Positions 13,869 through 26,045 of a stretch of 64,000 bases of DNA are shown piece by piece. The notes under the pieces were generated by a model that searched no databases, had not been told where the DNA came from, and saw nothing but the letters and a program-made list of their open reading frames with translations. Numbering within the stretch: position 1 is the stretch's first letter; each line of letters opens with the position of its first letter. The stretch lies in contig NW_026262745.1 of NCBI RefSeq assembly GCF_021869535.1, forward strand, positions 10,788,001 through 10,852,000. Direction: 5' to 3'. Origin of the DNA: Mytilus californianus. Its lineage: Eukaryota. The position numbers and the translations under genes are program-made.

Positions 13869-14646
13869 CGTTAACGAAAACTACATGGAAAATCATCCTT
13901 TTATCCTTGGTTGCTATGAGACTCGTTGTTCCTAGGGTGCTCTCCTTGAGGTCCGCGCTATTGGTATATAAAGACACCGATACATTGCGCGAGTTCGTTC
14001 ATTTGTTATTTGGCTGTTGATGAATAAGCATCGGAAAGAGAATACCAGCAAATAAAGAAAGTCTAACTGAGAAGTTTGTAAACCAAGTTCGAGTTGAAAG
14101 CTTGTGGTTTGAAGCAAGCGGTTTATAAGTCTTTACGATTGTTGCAAGCTACCGGGTTGTTCTGAAACTGTAATTTCCCACGGGAATGGTCGCAGTCCCT
14201 CGAACAGGTAGTTTGTAATAGTCTGGTGACTTCGGTGCTTCGGAGACTAGGTGTTTCAAAACTAGTTGTCTCAGGAACTAGGTGTCTCAGAGACTAGGTG
14301 TCTCAGAACAAGGTGTCTCAGGAACCTATGGTTTTGAAGCTTTTCCTCTTATAGTTTTTGAAAGGTTATAATTGTTGAGCAAATCGGTTGGGACCTCGGA
14401 GTCGGTGAAAGGATTAAGGATAAATTGAGGTTATAGTTTTTAGACTACTTTTTGATACAAAGTTAATTGTGTAAATATTGTTGTTTCTTTATTAAGTTTC
14501 AAAGTTTAAAGGTTGGTCTCATAGTTTTTTAGTAAAGCCTCCAAGTTGTAGTTAGATTTTGAGTTAATTAAAAGATTGATATTGGAGTATCTCAGATTCT
14601 GTGAAAACGGATACGAACAGATAGTTTATAAGCCAAACACGTTACA
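13869..14646 (+). mobile_element. Probable solo LTR
   Basis: Ends in ...CGTTACA, begins with degenerate (T)GTTAACG; TATA-like GGTATATAAAG near 13960, AATAAA near 14050, internal 15-16-bp tandem units (GACTAGGTGTCTCA) at 14250-14330. No clear TSD. Confidence 0.45.
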
Positions 14647-15152
14647 ACGGTTTCAGTTTTGGTTCTTTGCTTATTTATCTTTCAATCATCATTTTTGTTT
14701 TGGTTTTAGAAAGCATGATAGTATTTGCTTTTCATGACACATTTTCGGAAGTCTCCACTAACAGTTAACTTCTAGTGTGTATTTCTGGTTTCTGTGTCGT
14801 TACTAACATTGCTGATCAGTAGATTGCACACCAATAAAAGGCAAATTGTACGAAAATAGAAATCAAATACTGTGCAATATAGATAGATTAAAGTAAGACA
14901 TTTTTCATTTTGAATACATTATTATATTTAATGCAATCCGTAACAACAAAATAAAAATTAATGCTAACGTATAAACATAATATTTTTTATCACTATGCCG
15001 TATCTTGAATATATATATTTTTATTCGAAATATGAACACATGTAATTCTCAAAACTTAAGTCAATATATTAGTACTTCTATTACTATTACTACTTCTATT
15101 ACCACTACCACTAATACAACTAGTAGATTGAAGCTACATTACCAACACGATT

Positions 15153-15720
15153 TTAGTGATTCGAACAGTCATAACACTTACAGAAGTATGAAGGACTACA
15201 CTCTTTGTCATGGTTAAACATAGACCCGTTTGTTAAAATGCTACAATTAGATCTCTTAAGCATACATGTTTCCGGATATATAGATAGTGCCTCATGACAT
15301 TTGTCATTTCTTTCATTAAGGAAAGTGTCTAACACTAACGGAGAGCTTCCAGTGCTCATTGAACTTTTACTCACATCATCTATTGAAGAATCTAGTATGG
15401 TAGCACAGCACAATAGTGGACCGTGTATTTTTCCACAATTGTTTGTTAATTTGTTTGAATTTATTGCCTTTATTGATGAACACTGATGATTTGATGATAC
15501 TTCTGAGTTAGATTGAAATTCCCTATTTTGATCATCACTGTTTGTCGCAACCACCTTAGGCGTTGTTTCGCTCCCTGGTGACATCTGTTGTGAAATTGTG
15601 TTACTAGATGTAGGAAAATTGATAATTGTGCTCTGTTTTGTAGATACGTCATATACCCGGTCTTCGCCCGTTTGTGATGTTGGTGCACTTGTTCTGTTAT
15701 CAACAACAACCAGTGGTACC
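15153..15720 (-). CDS. Gene A terminal exon (cytoplasmic tail)
   Basis: Acceptor TTTATTGACAG|G; VPLVVVDN...CSNH*; homologous to 32384-32930. Confidence 0.9.
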
Positions 15721-15989
15721 CTGTCAATAAAGGAAATGGTAAATGATATTATTAAAACATGCACGAAAAACAATACTCCAGGTGGTCAAATTCTAAGGTA
15801 TTACTCAGCGACACAATAAACGCACTATGTATTTTGTAGTCCAAATTATCTATCATTTGAATGTTTTGCATTATATTTGTTTGAAATTGTGCTAAAATTT
15901 CGGCCTAATGCTTTCTCTAATTAAAATATAATAGCAATATGATTACTTTATTTACCAGGAGATTAACGATAATGGTGGTTTTTGATGAT

Positions 15990-16022
<33 letters not shown>

Positions 16023-19000
16023 TTATATGTTCGCACTCTTGATCTACCAACCACCGATATGTACCAACTCACTACAATTAGAACATATCCAGACTAGTAG
16101 AATTTACATATAAACAGTATATTACAAAATTCTGAATATCAAATACACAAAACCAAAACCTTAGATCAGTTATATACAAAAGAGTTGGACATTTGTGATG
16201 GTCGCAGGTGCTCCAGACTCGAAAGCAGTTGATGCAACTAACCCCACTGAGGTGATTTAGAACTTGACCTGTGGTATTGACACGTTTTTATTGTTTGCTG
16301 ACCTCTGTTTGTCTTTTGGGAATGTTTGTATCTTTAATTGCTGTGACAATGACGTATTAGACTATCTCCTTTCATTCATATTCAAAATAAGAGCGATAGT
16401 CAAGTTCATGTTCCGTGTTAACCTACCTTTGCATGGAATCATTACACTCTACGTTGTTGTTCATGGTAAAATTTCCTGTAAATATAATAATGATAATGAT
16501 GATAATAATAATAGTAATAATAATGATACAGTGTAATAATAACGATGCTAACAATTGTAACAATTGTGATGTTGATGATGATGCTGATGATGACAATACA
16601 ACATCATGAAATAAATTCTCGAATAACATATTTTTCTCTGTTATCCAACAGAAGTTTGCTGAATTAAAAAAGATGTATTTTTGCAGTCGTCCTTGATCAC
16701 TTTATATGCTTAATCTATTTGTTGTGAGTTCAAAATTGGTTCTGTATTTTTTTCACTTATGACTTTTCATAGTGAAGTTCACAGCAACTGAAAACAATGA
16801 TGAATCATTGAATTGGACTTTCACCTATTACGGTGTGTACCAAGTCAGGAATATGGCAGTTGTTATCAGACAGTCCGGTTTTTTTGTACGTTGGCGTTTG
16901 CTTTTGTTGTAGTTCAGTGTTTTTTGTTTGATCCGTTATTTTTCTCTTATAGTTGATGTGTTTCCCTCGGTTTTAGTTTGTTACCCGGATTTGTTTTCTC
17001 TTAATCGAATTATGACTATTGAACAGCGGTATACTACTGTTGCCTTTATTTATATCATAGCTTTCTTTACGTTATCCTTACCGCGATGTCCACTTTAAAA
17101 ACAGAGGAATTAAATGATAATTAGCAACAATACAAATGAAAATGCTGATCGTAGCTGGCATTTACTTTACAGACTTAAGTCTTTTTCTTTATAAAACCAT
17201 ATTGTTCCCAAGATGTGATTTGTCAAATATCACGTATTTACATCTTATCTTATGTCTGTGTATTATATGAAAGTCGGACACTTACCATCTTTTGATTTGT
17301 ACCTCCTTCGTTGGTAAATGAAACATAACAAAACTAATGCTATTACCACACATGAACCAACTGTAGTTACAACTAGGGTTACCAAAATGTGGAATTCTGA
17401 AAAAAAAGTTTGGCATCTAAATTGTAACTGTACAAATCTTTAATCAATGCTTAATAATTGGTTCTCGATTGTGACAAAACTTTTCTCGTCCAGTAGCAAC
17501 ATACCCTTTTCACTTTATAGGGTTTATAACTATATATTTTATGATTAATGATATTTCGGTCGATGTAAAAGTTTTATTTCACCAGCATTTACGACTTAAT
17601 TTTACCATACCTTTTATTTTTAGTGACGTTGGATTTGCTTGTATGCTGTCTGTTACTGGATGTTCCGTTCTGAAAATAATAAGATACTCATTTGTATACG
17701 CCATGCTTATGTCAGTACCTTAGAAAAAATCAATACTTGCATTTAATGTATAAGGCCTAATATAAGGATGTAAGGATCAGAATTGACAAGAGCCATTATT
17801 TGACAATAGTTTACTGCAATTAAAAAATAGTAGAAATCTTCAATAATTTCAAAATCACGTTAGTTATTATCATGACACTTCTGTTTAAAAATGTCAGCGA
17901 AATCATAAAACATGTCGAACTAGGCGTGTTTTACCTAAATTGCAATTTTAAACTGATCTTTAGTGAAATAAGTCAAAAATCTAAACAAATTCAGGTACTC
18001 TCTAAAGTATAACTGAAACACGTTTCACGTACTAGTAATCATGGCAATTAAGAAATCTGTAAATACTGTTCTTGTTTACAACTGTGCTGCCTATAGCGCA
18101 ACTGACGAGTCTTTGGAAGACTAAAACGCAACTGGCATACTAAGTTATATACCTCGCATCTTTGGTGAAAATCTCAACCATTGGGGGCAATTAAGACAAT
18201 TAACTTTTATGAAAATTGATAACATTCAATCCTTTTTTCTTAATCTGTTTTTTTTAGCAACCATTGCTATTTGATGGTCTTTTAGTATCATATTACTAAG
18301 TTAATTAGACTTACTTGATTATAGCACCACATTTTACATCCGATATTGATGTACATTGTTCTATTTCGTAACGATTCTGTTGGGAACAGTTATTACATGG
18401 TTTACAGTCGAAATCCCGTCGGTCATTATAGTATCCAGTAGTACAAAGTACACATGGTGTACATGTAAGTGCTCCGTGTGCTTGATCCCATTTTATTTTT
18501 TCGTTAACCTGAAGAAATGAAATTAAGCTAAATGATTAATTTATAAACTTATTTCTAAAGATTTGCAATGCAAAATTGAGATATAATACAAAATAACCTA
18601 GACAAATACGTTTTATTTTACATAGGATTTTTTCTCACCATGTCCAGACTACCTATGTTATTAATTGTGATCAGTGAAAGGTCTGCGATTCCTCGTTATG
18701 TTTTATATTTAGTCATTCATTCTACGATAAGTAATTGACTCAGCTTAAAATGAAGTGTTTCTGTGTCCCGTCTTTTCTATAGCATGATAGACTCACAGTA
18801 AACAAAAGTTTTCTAAAAAAAATTCATTTCTATTTGTTCTTCATTCAAAGTTTTCTAATCTAAACTCTTAAAGCTAAGAAATTAATTATCAAGAAATCGA
18901 ACAGTACCAAAAAAGTCGAAACTGGAGAAAAATAGAAATATGTTGTCTGAAGATGAATACGGAAACGTTTTCTTCAAGTCCTCCAACCGAAACCATAATA

Positions 19001-22000
19001 TGAAATACTCTGTCAATAGGTGTCATAAACACCTTCTGCAACTGTTATATCTTCTGATACCAAAGGGACAATCAAAATAGTTCGGTAATACTATGGTTTA
19101 CGCACATAAATAAAAAAAAATCAAACAATAGTTTAGGAAACACCGCTCTACTATCAATATTCATTGTGTTTCTCCTGTTAAAATCCGGTAATGAGTGTTT
19201 AAGCAACATTAAAAGTGGATTGTAAAACGTCTCATGTACATAACCTTTGGAAATAAAAAAAATTACAAACCATCGGTACATGTAAAATTTATTGATGAAA
19301 TGACGGCATGTAGAAATACAAAATGAAAAGTTTCTCATGACAGAGAGGGACGAAAGATACCAGAGGGACAGTCAAACTCATAGATCGAAAACAAACTGAC
19401 AACGCCATGGCCAAAAATAAAAAGACAAACAGACAAACAATAGTACAGATGACACAACATAGAAAACTAAAGACTAAGCAACACGAACCCCACAAAAAAC
19501 TGGGGGTGATCTCAGGTGCTCCGGAAGGGTAAGCAGATCCTGCTCCACATGTGGATAGACCATAAAAAGTTTAGGCTACAGTAGTTTACCAATGTTCAAA
19601 TTTCCGAGGTGAAATATACCAAAGTGATATTCAAAATGTCTAAAACAAACTGGAAATGCCATGACATAAAACAAAACAGGATCAAAAGACAAATAACAGT
19701 ATTCAAAACACAACATAAAAAAAACTAAAGACCGAGCAACACGAACCCAACCAAAAAACCCCGGGGGTTATCCCAGGCGCTCCTGAAGGGATACAAATTA
19801 AGAATATACAAATCAAGGTATAATCAAAGTCATTAACAAATAACACAAAAGAAAACTAAAGAAAAATGTTAATTAGTCTTTTTCAAAAGACTACGAGTTT
19901 ACTGAGGTGTTCCGTAGGGGTAAGCAGGCTTGGCTTAACTAGTGTTGTACATCTATAGCAGAAATGAGGAAAGCAGAATTAAAATGTGACATAAATTTTG
20001 TCATCTGTGACGCAGATTTCCAAAACAGTCTCGCTTTTCCTAATGTCGTCTGGAATATCGCATCAAACATATGTGCTGCTGGAGCAAAGCTACACAATAT
20101 GACAGATCAACAATGAAATACTAAGGTCATATTTTTCGACGAGAGGTTTATTTCTTTACCGACCTTCATTGTCAATGTATATAGTGTACGTTACATACAA
20201 AGTAATTAATAATAAAAATAAGTTGAAAACGGGGTTATCATTGATAAATACAAGAAGTCAATATGTATTTTTGTTGGATAATAAATATTGAATATAAGTA
20301 TCAAATATCCGATATAAAATGGTTACTAATTATATAATTTTACTATTTTGTTTTTGGTGTTTTGCTCTCTATAAATGAACATTTCAGTTATGGTTCCATC
20401 TTGTAAAAAGTAAAATAACAAAAATACCAAACTCCAAGGAAAATTCAAATCGGACAGTCCCTTATCAAATAGCAAAATCAAAAGCTCATACACATCAAAC
20501 GAATGGAAAACAACTGTCATACTCCTGACTAAGTAGCTTTCGTGAAATCTGTAATTAAGCTCCATTGTATTATTTGTTTCAAATGTATACCATTCTGTCG
20601 TTTTATTCTCATATATCATGATTTTATTGTCAACAAGCAAATACCCAATGAAAATAAATGTCTGTCTATGAATTTGCATACAAACACAATGATTCTCAAA
20701 TTTAAGTACAACCTTCTCTGGATTTTCAAAACAGTACCAGGAAACAATTCACAGCGTTGCGACAATGCTACATAATATTTCATTTTTTTCACGCAATTCG
20801 TTCCGAGAAAGGGATATCGCTTTATCAAATTTAATTTACATATACACGGTATAAAGTAATTTATTAGTAAAAAAACTCAACGATCGTCTTTTTAAAAGAA
20901 CTATTTGGTGTTTATATTTTTTGGCAAATCTATTGAATTACTTAATTATATTAGGCAAGGACACCTTGACAATTTGTTTGTAATGATTTACGGTTCTGTC
21001 ATAAAAACATAAATACTATACGTATTAATTCCATTTTAGTCTAATTTGATTACACTCTATAATAGGTCAAACTAATTACAAGAAATTCTAAAATTTATTG
21101 GTGGAAATGTTGTTATAGATGATTTTTTTTAACCTGGTATACAGTGCTTTGAAAGGGACACAATAATCAGTAGACAAGCATAACTCAGCACACTTTTACG
21201 TCAAGTATTGAATTATAAATTGAGCTATACAACAGCTCTAGCAAAAATGCGATCAAGCTGCTTTTAACAAAACTAATTGGAAAACAGATTTAACCGTTTT
21301 TTCATTTTATTGTTTAAGAAGAAACGATTGAGTCTTTTGTTAATTTTGAATGAAAGGCATGTTCAACGTTAATGTAATGAGATTCAGTATATTGTATCCT
21401 GATATGTATGCAATCACCTAATCTACATGACATCAAATAATAATATAAAACTACTTTAGTAATACTTCCTTACAATGAAGTGTTATTGATGCAAATGCAG
21501 TATCTGTAGTTTTTATTGTATTTGAACACGTTCCAAGAAATATCTCTAAACCAAGAAATCAAAAGAGGAAATATTTACTGGGAAGACAGTTTCCAAGAAA
21601 CCATAATATCTTCGGAAATGTGGTCCAATTGCCCTTAAGACATCAAGTTATCAAGTTTCTATTCTAAATACTTTCATCGATACAGTCTAGAATTACTTCA
21701 ATAAATCGCTCAATTATTCGCAAATATATAAAAAGTACTGGTGTAGACTTTGTATTTACGCATTCAAAACAGCCCCAGTACTCATCAGAACGGCCTACAG
21801 TCATATTCTGGGAAGTTAATAGTTGTAAAATATTCTATTTTCCAACTACTTTTAGGGAACGAACATTTAGTTGCTTTGAAATTAAAGAACATGTTTTAAA
21901 CGCTGCAAAAATACAGAAACAAGACTAAATAAAATATCTTTTGGGTTCACTTAGGATTCACAGCCTCATAAAATACATCCTATTTATAAATTTGTGAATA

Positions 22001-23907
22001 AGTTAAGTCATATCCTTCTAGCATGTTTAGTCCGCCGTGGCCAAGTGGTCTAAGTAGTCCAATTAATGCATCACTGGCCTGTCAAAACTGAGTTTTTGAG
22101 TTCGAATCCCACACGAGGCAGGTGCGATCGACTTCAATCTTAATTGACTAGGATTGTCAGTTTTTCAGCCGAAAACCGATGGTTAATAAATAATGGTTGA
22201 TGAATCAATAAAAACTTACCGCCGCTAAATAGCGCAATAGTGCAGGAAATGGTGTCAAACATCAATCAATCAATCAAGTATAGTATATTTCTATATTCAC
22301 TAGGTTTTCTTCATATTAATATCATACAATATTAGACGCGAGTTATAAAAGGAAGCTTCCTTGGCGATTTTACCTAGCGAACTCACCAAAACGGATTATA
22401 TTCTTAGTGCAACTGAACTTTAGAATTATCTATAGATTACGATGGAATGATTTTTATATCAGCAGGTTACGTTCTTCAGTTTTTCTTTCACTAACTGCGA
22501 TCACTCTTTGATAAGGTTTACTACTGTTTTGATTGAACTTGAGGTTTTTGTTATCTATTATATCGTTATACGAGGTTTACATGCTTATATTGTATTGTCT
22601 TGCATGTTCCTATTGGAAGTCCTCTGATCGAAATAAAAGGCGAGGTTTTAGATACACACATACTAGCCTCAGACATGTGAATTTTCCGAGCAAGACACCA
22701 GTATGTAGTGGTATTTTGTCGTCAAATCTTAAAATTGATTTTATTTGGTAATGAAGTTGATGGCTGATCTTTATAATTTTCTGCCGAATTTGTGCACAAC
22801 TCGGGAAATTGAAAATTTAACAAATTGCATAAAAACAGTCTATTTTTGAAGACTGTTTGTTGATCTATAGATGTCTTTTGGTTATTTGTGTCGTTGGCAT
22901 GTTGTCTCATATTTGTACCCCTCATTAATATTTTTCATTCCTATATACTAACAGTCGGATAAACTGTTTGATCTTGTAATGATCTTAATGTTTTCTTGAA
23001 TCAGATAATACATGTAGTTGTTTCAACCACGCTAACAAAGTTATCCTTTTTCAGAAGAAACCACGGCTTTAGATGGAAAGACGATTACAAATTTGACTTA
23101 CTTTTAAAGTATCCTTTCCCATTCCACGTAGACAGCTGTCACATTTTGCACACATTCCTAACTGGGGGTTGTAATACATATTGTCGTCTGGTGAACATAT
23201 TTCAGCAAACGCCAAACCAACACAGACCATGAAAATGCATATTTGACGATTTCTGTGCAAAAAAATATCAAATTAGCAAAGAGTGAAATGCATCAAAAAC
23301 AGTACAATGTACTCTTGGAGACATTAAAAATAACCTTCTGTGACAATGCAATCGTATGACGTATGATGGATATCTAGCAGGATATACCTTATCCACGTAC
23401 GAAATAATTCCTTGAATAACATTCAATAAGCGACTAAAACATTTCGAAGCCAAATAAATTAGTCCTTTGAATCACACAAACAAACAAAATCTAAAAGAAA
23501 CGAAATACTAAATCGTCTTGGTTTAATCTTCACAGAGATAAATTTTCACAATACTTTTTTAAATCACTAAAAACACGCATTTTTTTGTTTGTTTATGCAT
23601 ATCAAAAGAAAGTTCCACAGTCTATTAAGATTTTTCACAGCTCACAACATCATATATTTATGTCTTGAGACATGTTAGTTAAAATAATATTTTCATACTT
23701 TATAAATTAAGTATCAGATGTATTTGTATTCAATTGAAGAGCAGTACACTTTTTACTTATTAAAGTCTTTGAACGAATGTTCATTTATTCAATAACAGCT
23801 GATTATTTGAAGACATAATACTTTGGCAATTTTTATTTAAAAGCTGTTGATTAAACCTCCGTTAAATATTTATATACATTAATTTTTTCACCCACTCACC
23901 TGATCAT
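15153..23907 (-). CDS. TNFR-superfamily gene A (EDA2R/TNFRSF19/EDAR-like, 2 CRDs, TM, no death domain), 379 aa
   Basis: join(23900-23907, 23102-23252, 18315-18508, 17611-17669, 17286-17396, 16427-16475, 15153-15720) = 1140 nt, open frame, all GT-AG. Signal peptide MIRNRQICIFMVCVGLAFA, 12 ectodomain Cys, TM ILVTLVVTTVGSCVVIALVLLCFIY then RRR. Exon sizes 8/151/194/111 identical to gene B. Confidence 0.9.
16427..16475 (-). CDS. Gene A juxtamembrane exon (49 nt)
   Basis: TTTACAG|...|GTAGGT, phase 1 to 2; GNFTMNNNVECNDSMQR, homologous to KKFTMNNLSESAQK in gene B. Confidence 0.85.
16484..16605. repeat. (AAT)n/(GAT)n microsatellite region
   Basis: Imperfect trinucleotide repeats in a gene A intron. 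Confidence 0.85.
16835..17055 (+). mobile_element. Non-autonomous repeat family 2b, 5'-truncated within the twister-like motif
   Basis: Inverted match to 51978-52315; begins at TGTACCAAGTCAGGA. Confidence 0.85.
17286..17396 (-). CDS. Gene A transmembrane exon (111 nt)
   Basis: TTTTTCAG|...GATG|GTAAGT; EFHILVTLVVTTVGSCVVIALVLLCFIYQRRRYKSKD. Confidence 0.92.
17611..17669 (-). CDS. Gene A stalk exon (59 nt)
   Basis: TTTTCAG|...AAG|GTATGG; KTEHPVTDSIQANPTSLKIK, homologous to QTEVPVTYST in gene B. Confidence 0.85.
18096..18138 (+). ncRNA. Decayed type I hammerhead ribozyme (retrozyme relic)
   Basis: CTGACGA core, stem II GTCTT/AAGAC intact, GAAA mutated to TAAA. Confidence 0.6.
18315..18508 (-). 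CDS. Gene A CRD exon (194 nt)
   Basis: TTCTTCAG|...AA|GTAAGT; VNEKIKWDQAHGALTCTPCVLCTTGYYNDRRDFDCKPCNNCSQQNRYEIEQCTSISDVKCGAII. Confidence 0.95.
19340..19556. mobile_element. Interspersed repeat family 3, followed by a decayed tandem copy to about 19790
   Basis: GAGGGACGAAAGATACCAGAGGG...GGTGATCTCAGGTGCTCCGGAAGGGTAAGCAG; relatives at 9870, 13430, 59559. Confidence 0.85.
20405..20535 (-). mobile_element. Repeat family 2, partial
   Basis: Inverted match to 32130-32262. Confidence 0.75.
22028..22278 (+). mobile_element. tRNA-derived SINE
   Basis: A-box-like GTGGCCAAGTGGTCTAAG, B-box-like GAGTTCGAATCCC, 3' (AATC)n tail. Confidence 0.85.
23102..23252 (-). CDS. Gene A signal peptide/CRD1 exon (151 nt)
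   Basis: TTTGCACAG|...AAA|GTAAGT; ...FMVCVGLAFAEICSPDDNMYYNPQLGMCAKCDSCLRGMGKDTLK. Confidence 0.95.
23900..23907 (-). CDS. Gene A start exon (coding part ATGATCAG)
   Basis: ATGATCAG|GTGAGT, phase 2; the identical 8 nt plus a donor occur upstream of gene B. Confidence 0.75.
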
Positions 23908-24019
23908 TTTGCAAACTGTGAGACCGCACAACCTTCTTGTGAATGGGTGAAGGTAAGAATGAGAAATTTGTGGAAAACATTTGATATATTAAGCAGAATT
24001 TCCGTATTGATAATAACAT

Positions 24020-24395
24020 AACAGTCACGTGTTTGAATGAAATTAAAGCCAATAAACAACGTCACGTATGTTTATACTTCCTAATATAATAAATAGAGAG
24101 ACTTACGTTGAAATTTAAAAACCACCAATCGGTACCTGTATCTAATTTAGGTTTTATTTTGAAGATAAATATAGCCAGAAAAACACCTATACGAAAACCC
24201 CTTATGCAGTGATCTCTGATTCGTAGTAATCCCTGTTACTACAAAACATTTATCTTATCTTGTTTGACCCACTTAATGAACCGAAAACAAACACGTTGTC
24301 ATAAAGAGTAAACTATTACATAACATTTATACGTTTTACAACAAGATAAAATAAAAATCAATATACTATGTAACATAGTGGGAATATCCCCAGTT
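24020..24395 (-). promoter_or_regulatory. Gene A proximal promoter
   Basis: CACGTG 24026-24031 and ACTTCCT 24076-24082, both at similar spacing upstream of gene B; kappaB-like GGGGATATTCCC on minus strand 24380-24391. Confidence 0.5.
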
Positions 24396-25724
24396 CACCT
24401 ATGTGCAAATACTGAATGACCATTAAATATAAAGAACTAAAAAAAAATGTTTGGGTTTGTTTTGTAGTTAACACCAATTTTTCAAAAGTTGCTAAATATC
24501 TTGGTTGTTGTTTCGTTGATTTATGTCCCGGATCTCCTTTAATTATTTGTTCATAATTAGTTTTGTTGGGGGGAGAACACCGGAGTATTATTCCAAATTT
24601 CTTCTTGTCAATTAAACATAAGTAAACAATATCCGTGTTTCTGGTATAGTCTTCACTCCGGCTTATTCCATCATATCACATATGTGTAGTATACCAAAAT
24701 CACCAGTCAGAGTGTAAATAGTATAATGTTGCATTTTAACACTAGAGCAAAGTAAATCAAAATTGCAAGCTTAAACATTTAGGTAGATTTGTAGGAATAC
24801 TTGCTTTATAAATATGATGCAACAGCGATTTATCGATGTTCAAATTTCGTAAATGCTTTTTGTATATACGAAACAACCGAATAAACAGAAATCAGAAAAA
24901 CCGGAGTGTCAGTCAGTCGTCCTTTCTCTATTGGTAAACGAAGATTTTTTTAAAAACTGTATCAGTATTGTTATCAGTATTTTCAACGCTTACACCACAG
25001 TGCAATACCCTGGTTTTATTGTATTGGTGTTAAGAAATATTGACACTTTATTAAATAAACATATTTTTCCCAAATTAAGTTATTATATATTATATAAACT
25101 TCTCGATTTTTTTTAATTTTACGCACAAAAATGATAGTTCATTACATATTATATAAAAGGAAACAGTAGTTTACCTATGTTGAAATCTCATTAATCCATT
25201 AGGAAGATGCAAATCAAGATTAAAAAAACTAAATTTTACGGAATATATTAATTGAGAAGACCAATAATTTGGCCTTCATTTACAAAAACATTTATGTGTA
25301 TGAATTCAATAACATTCATATTCCGTCATGCCTAGATATCGGTAGTCTCAATGTTACTTTCCATTTATGTTAAGATTGACTAAAACCAAAGTTAGTTTTC
25401 CACAGTTGTAATGTATCTATATTCGTCTCCTTCGTATTACCATTCTAATACACTCAGGTAGTGTTGAACACAGAAACATTACTGATTGAGAAATAAATGC
25501 AATGTTTAAGAAGTCACACAGAAATCGTCACATTATACATTCAGACACGGCTGAGAGTCAAAAGCCTTTTTCTCCTTCTGTAGATGTCACAATTACGGGG
25601 TTAGTTCAAGAAGTACGGTTACATAACATTCTAATGTGTTCTGTGACTATGTAAGCAATATGGTAAGGGAACCGCGTACATGATGAAAAGCTCAAATTGA
25701 GCTACATAATTACATTTTTGGTTG

Positions 25725-26045
25725 AGGTTTCCTCCCAAGGGTATCATCAGCGCAGTAGTCAGCATCTCAGTTTGACATGAATTATCATTGATATGGTCAT
25801 AATTATAAATTAACTGTTTACAAAAATTTGATTTTTTTTATTTACTAAGGTTTTTCAATCCCAGGAATAGATAACATTGGCTGTATTTGGTGAATTCTTC
25901 AGAATTACGGGTCCTCAAAGCTTTTCAACTTCGTACTTAATTTGGCGTTTTTAACGTTGTTTATCTAGCGACACAGTTAAGTCTATAGTAGACAAAAAGT
26001 GCGTCTCGCGTACACAATTTTCATCCTGGTATCTATGATGAGTTT
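25725..26045 (+). mobile_element. Decayed hammerhead retrozyme monomer
   Basis: Ends in a degenerate GCGTCA-CTGATGAG-TCT..AGAC-GAAA-CGCGCG-TC-TGGCGT pattern with mutated core; inverted relative at 42830-43095. Confidence 0.65.

Noticed and set aside
16415-16629. Ile-rich or Asp/Asn-rich ORFs
   Set aside because: Translation of (AAT)n/(GAT)n microsatellite; only the 49-nt exon inside is supported.
18309-18315. Immediate stop on intron retention after the CRD exon in A and B as a dedicated soluble-receptor mechanism
   Set aside because: Any phase-2 GTAAGT/GTGAGT donor produces TAA/TGA; not evidence by itself.
19476-19554. HDV-like ribozyme assignment for family 3
   Set aside because: P3/L3 and J4/2 do not fit the nested double pseudoknot; kept only as an unclassified structure.
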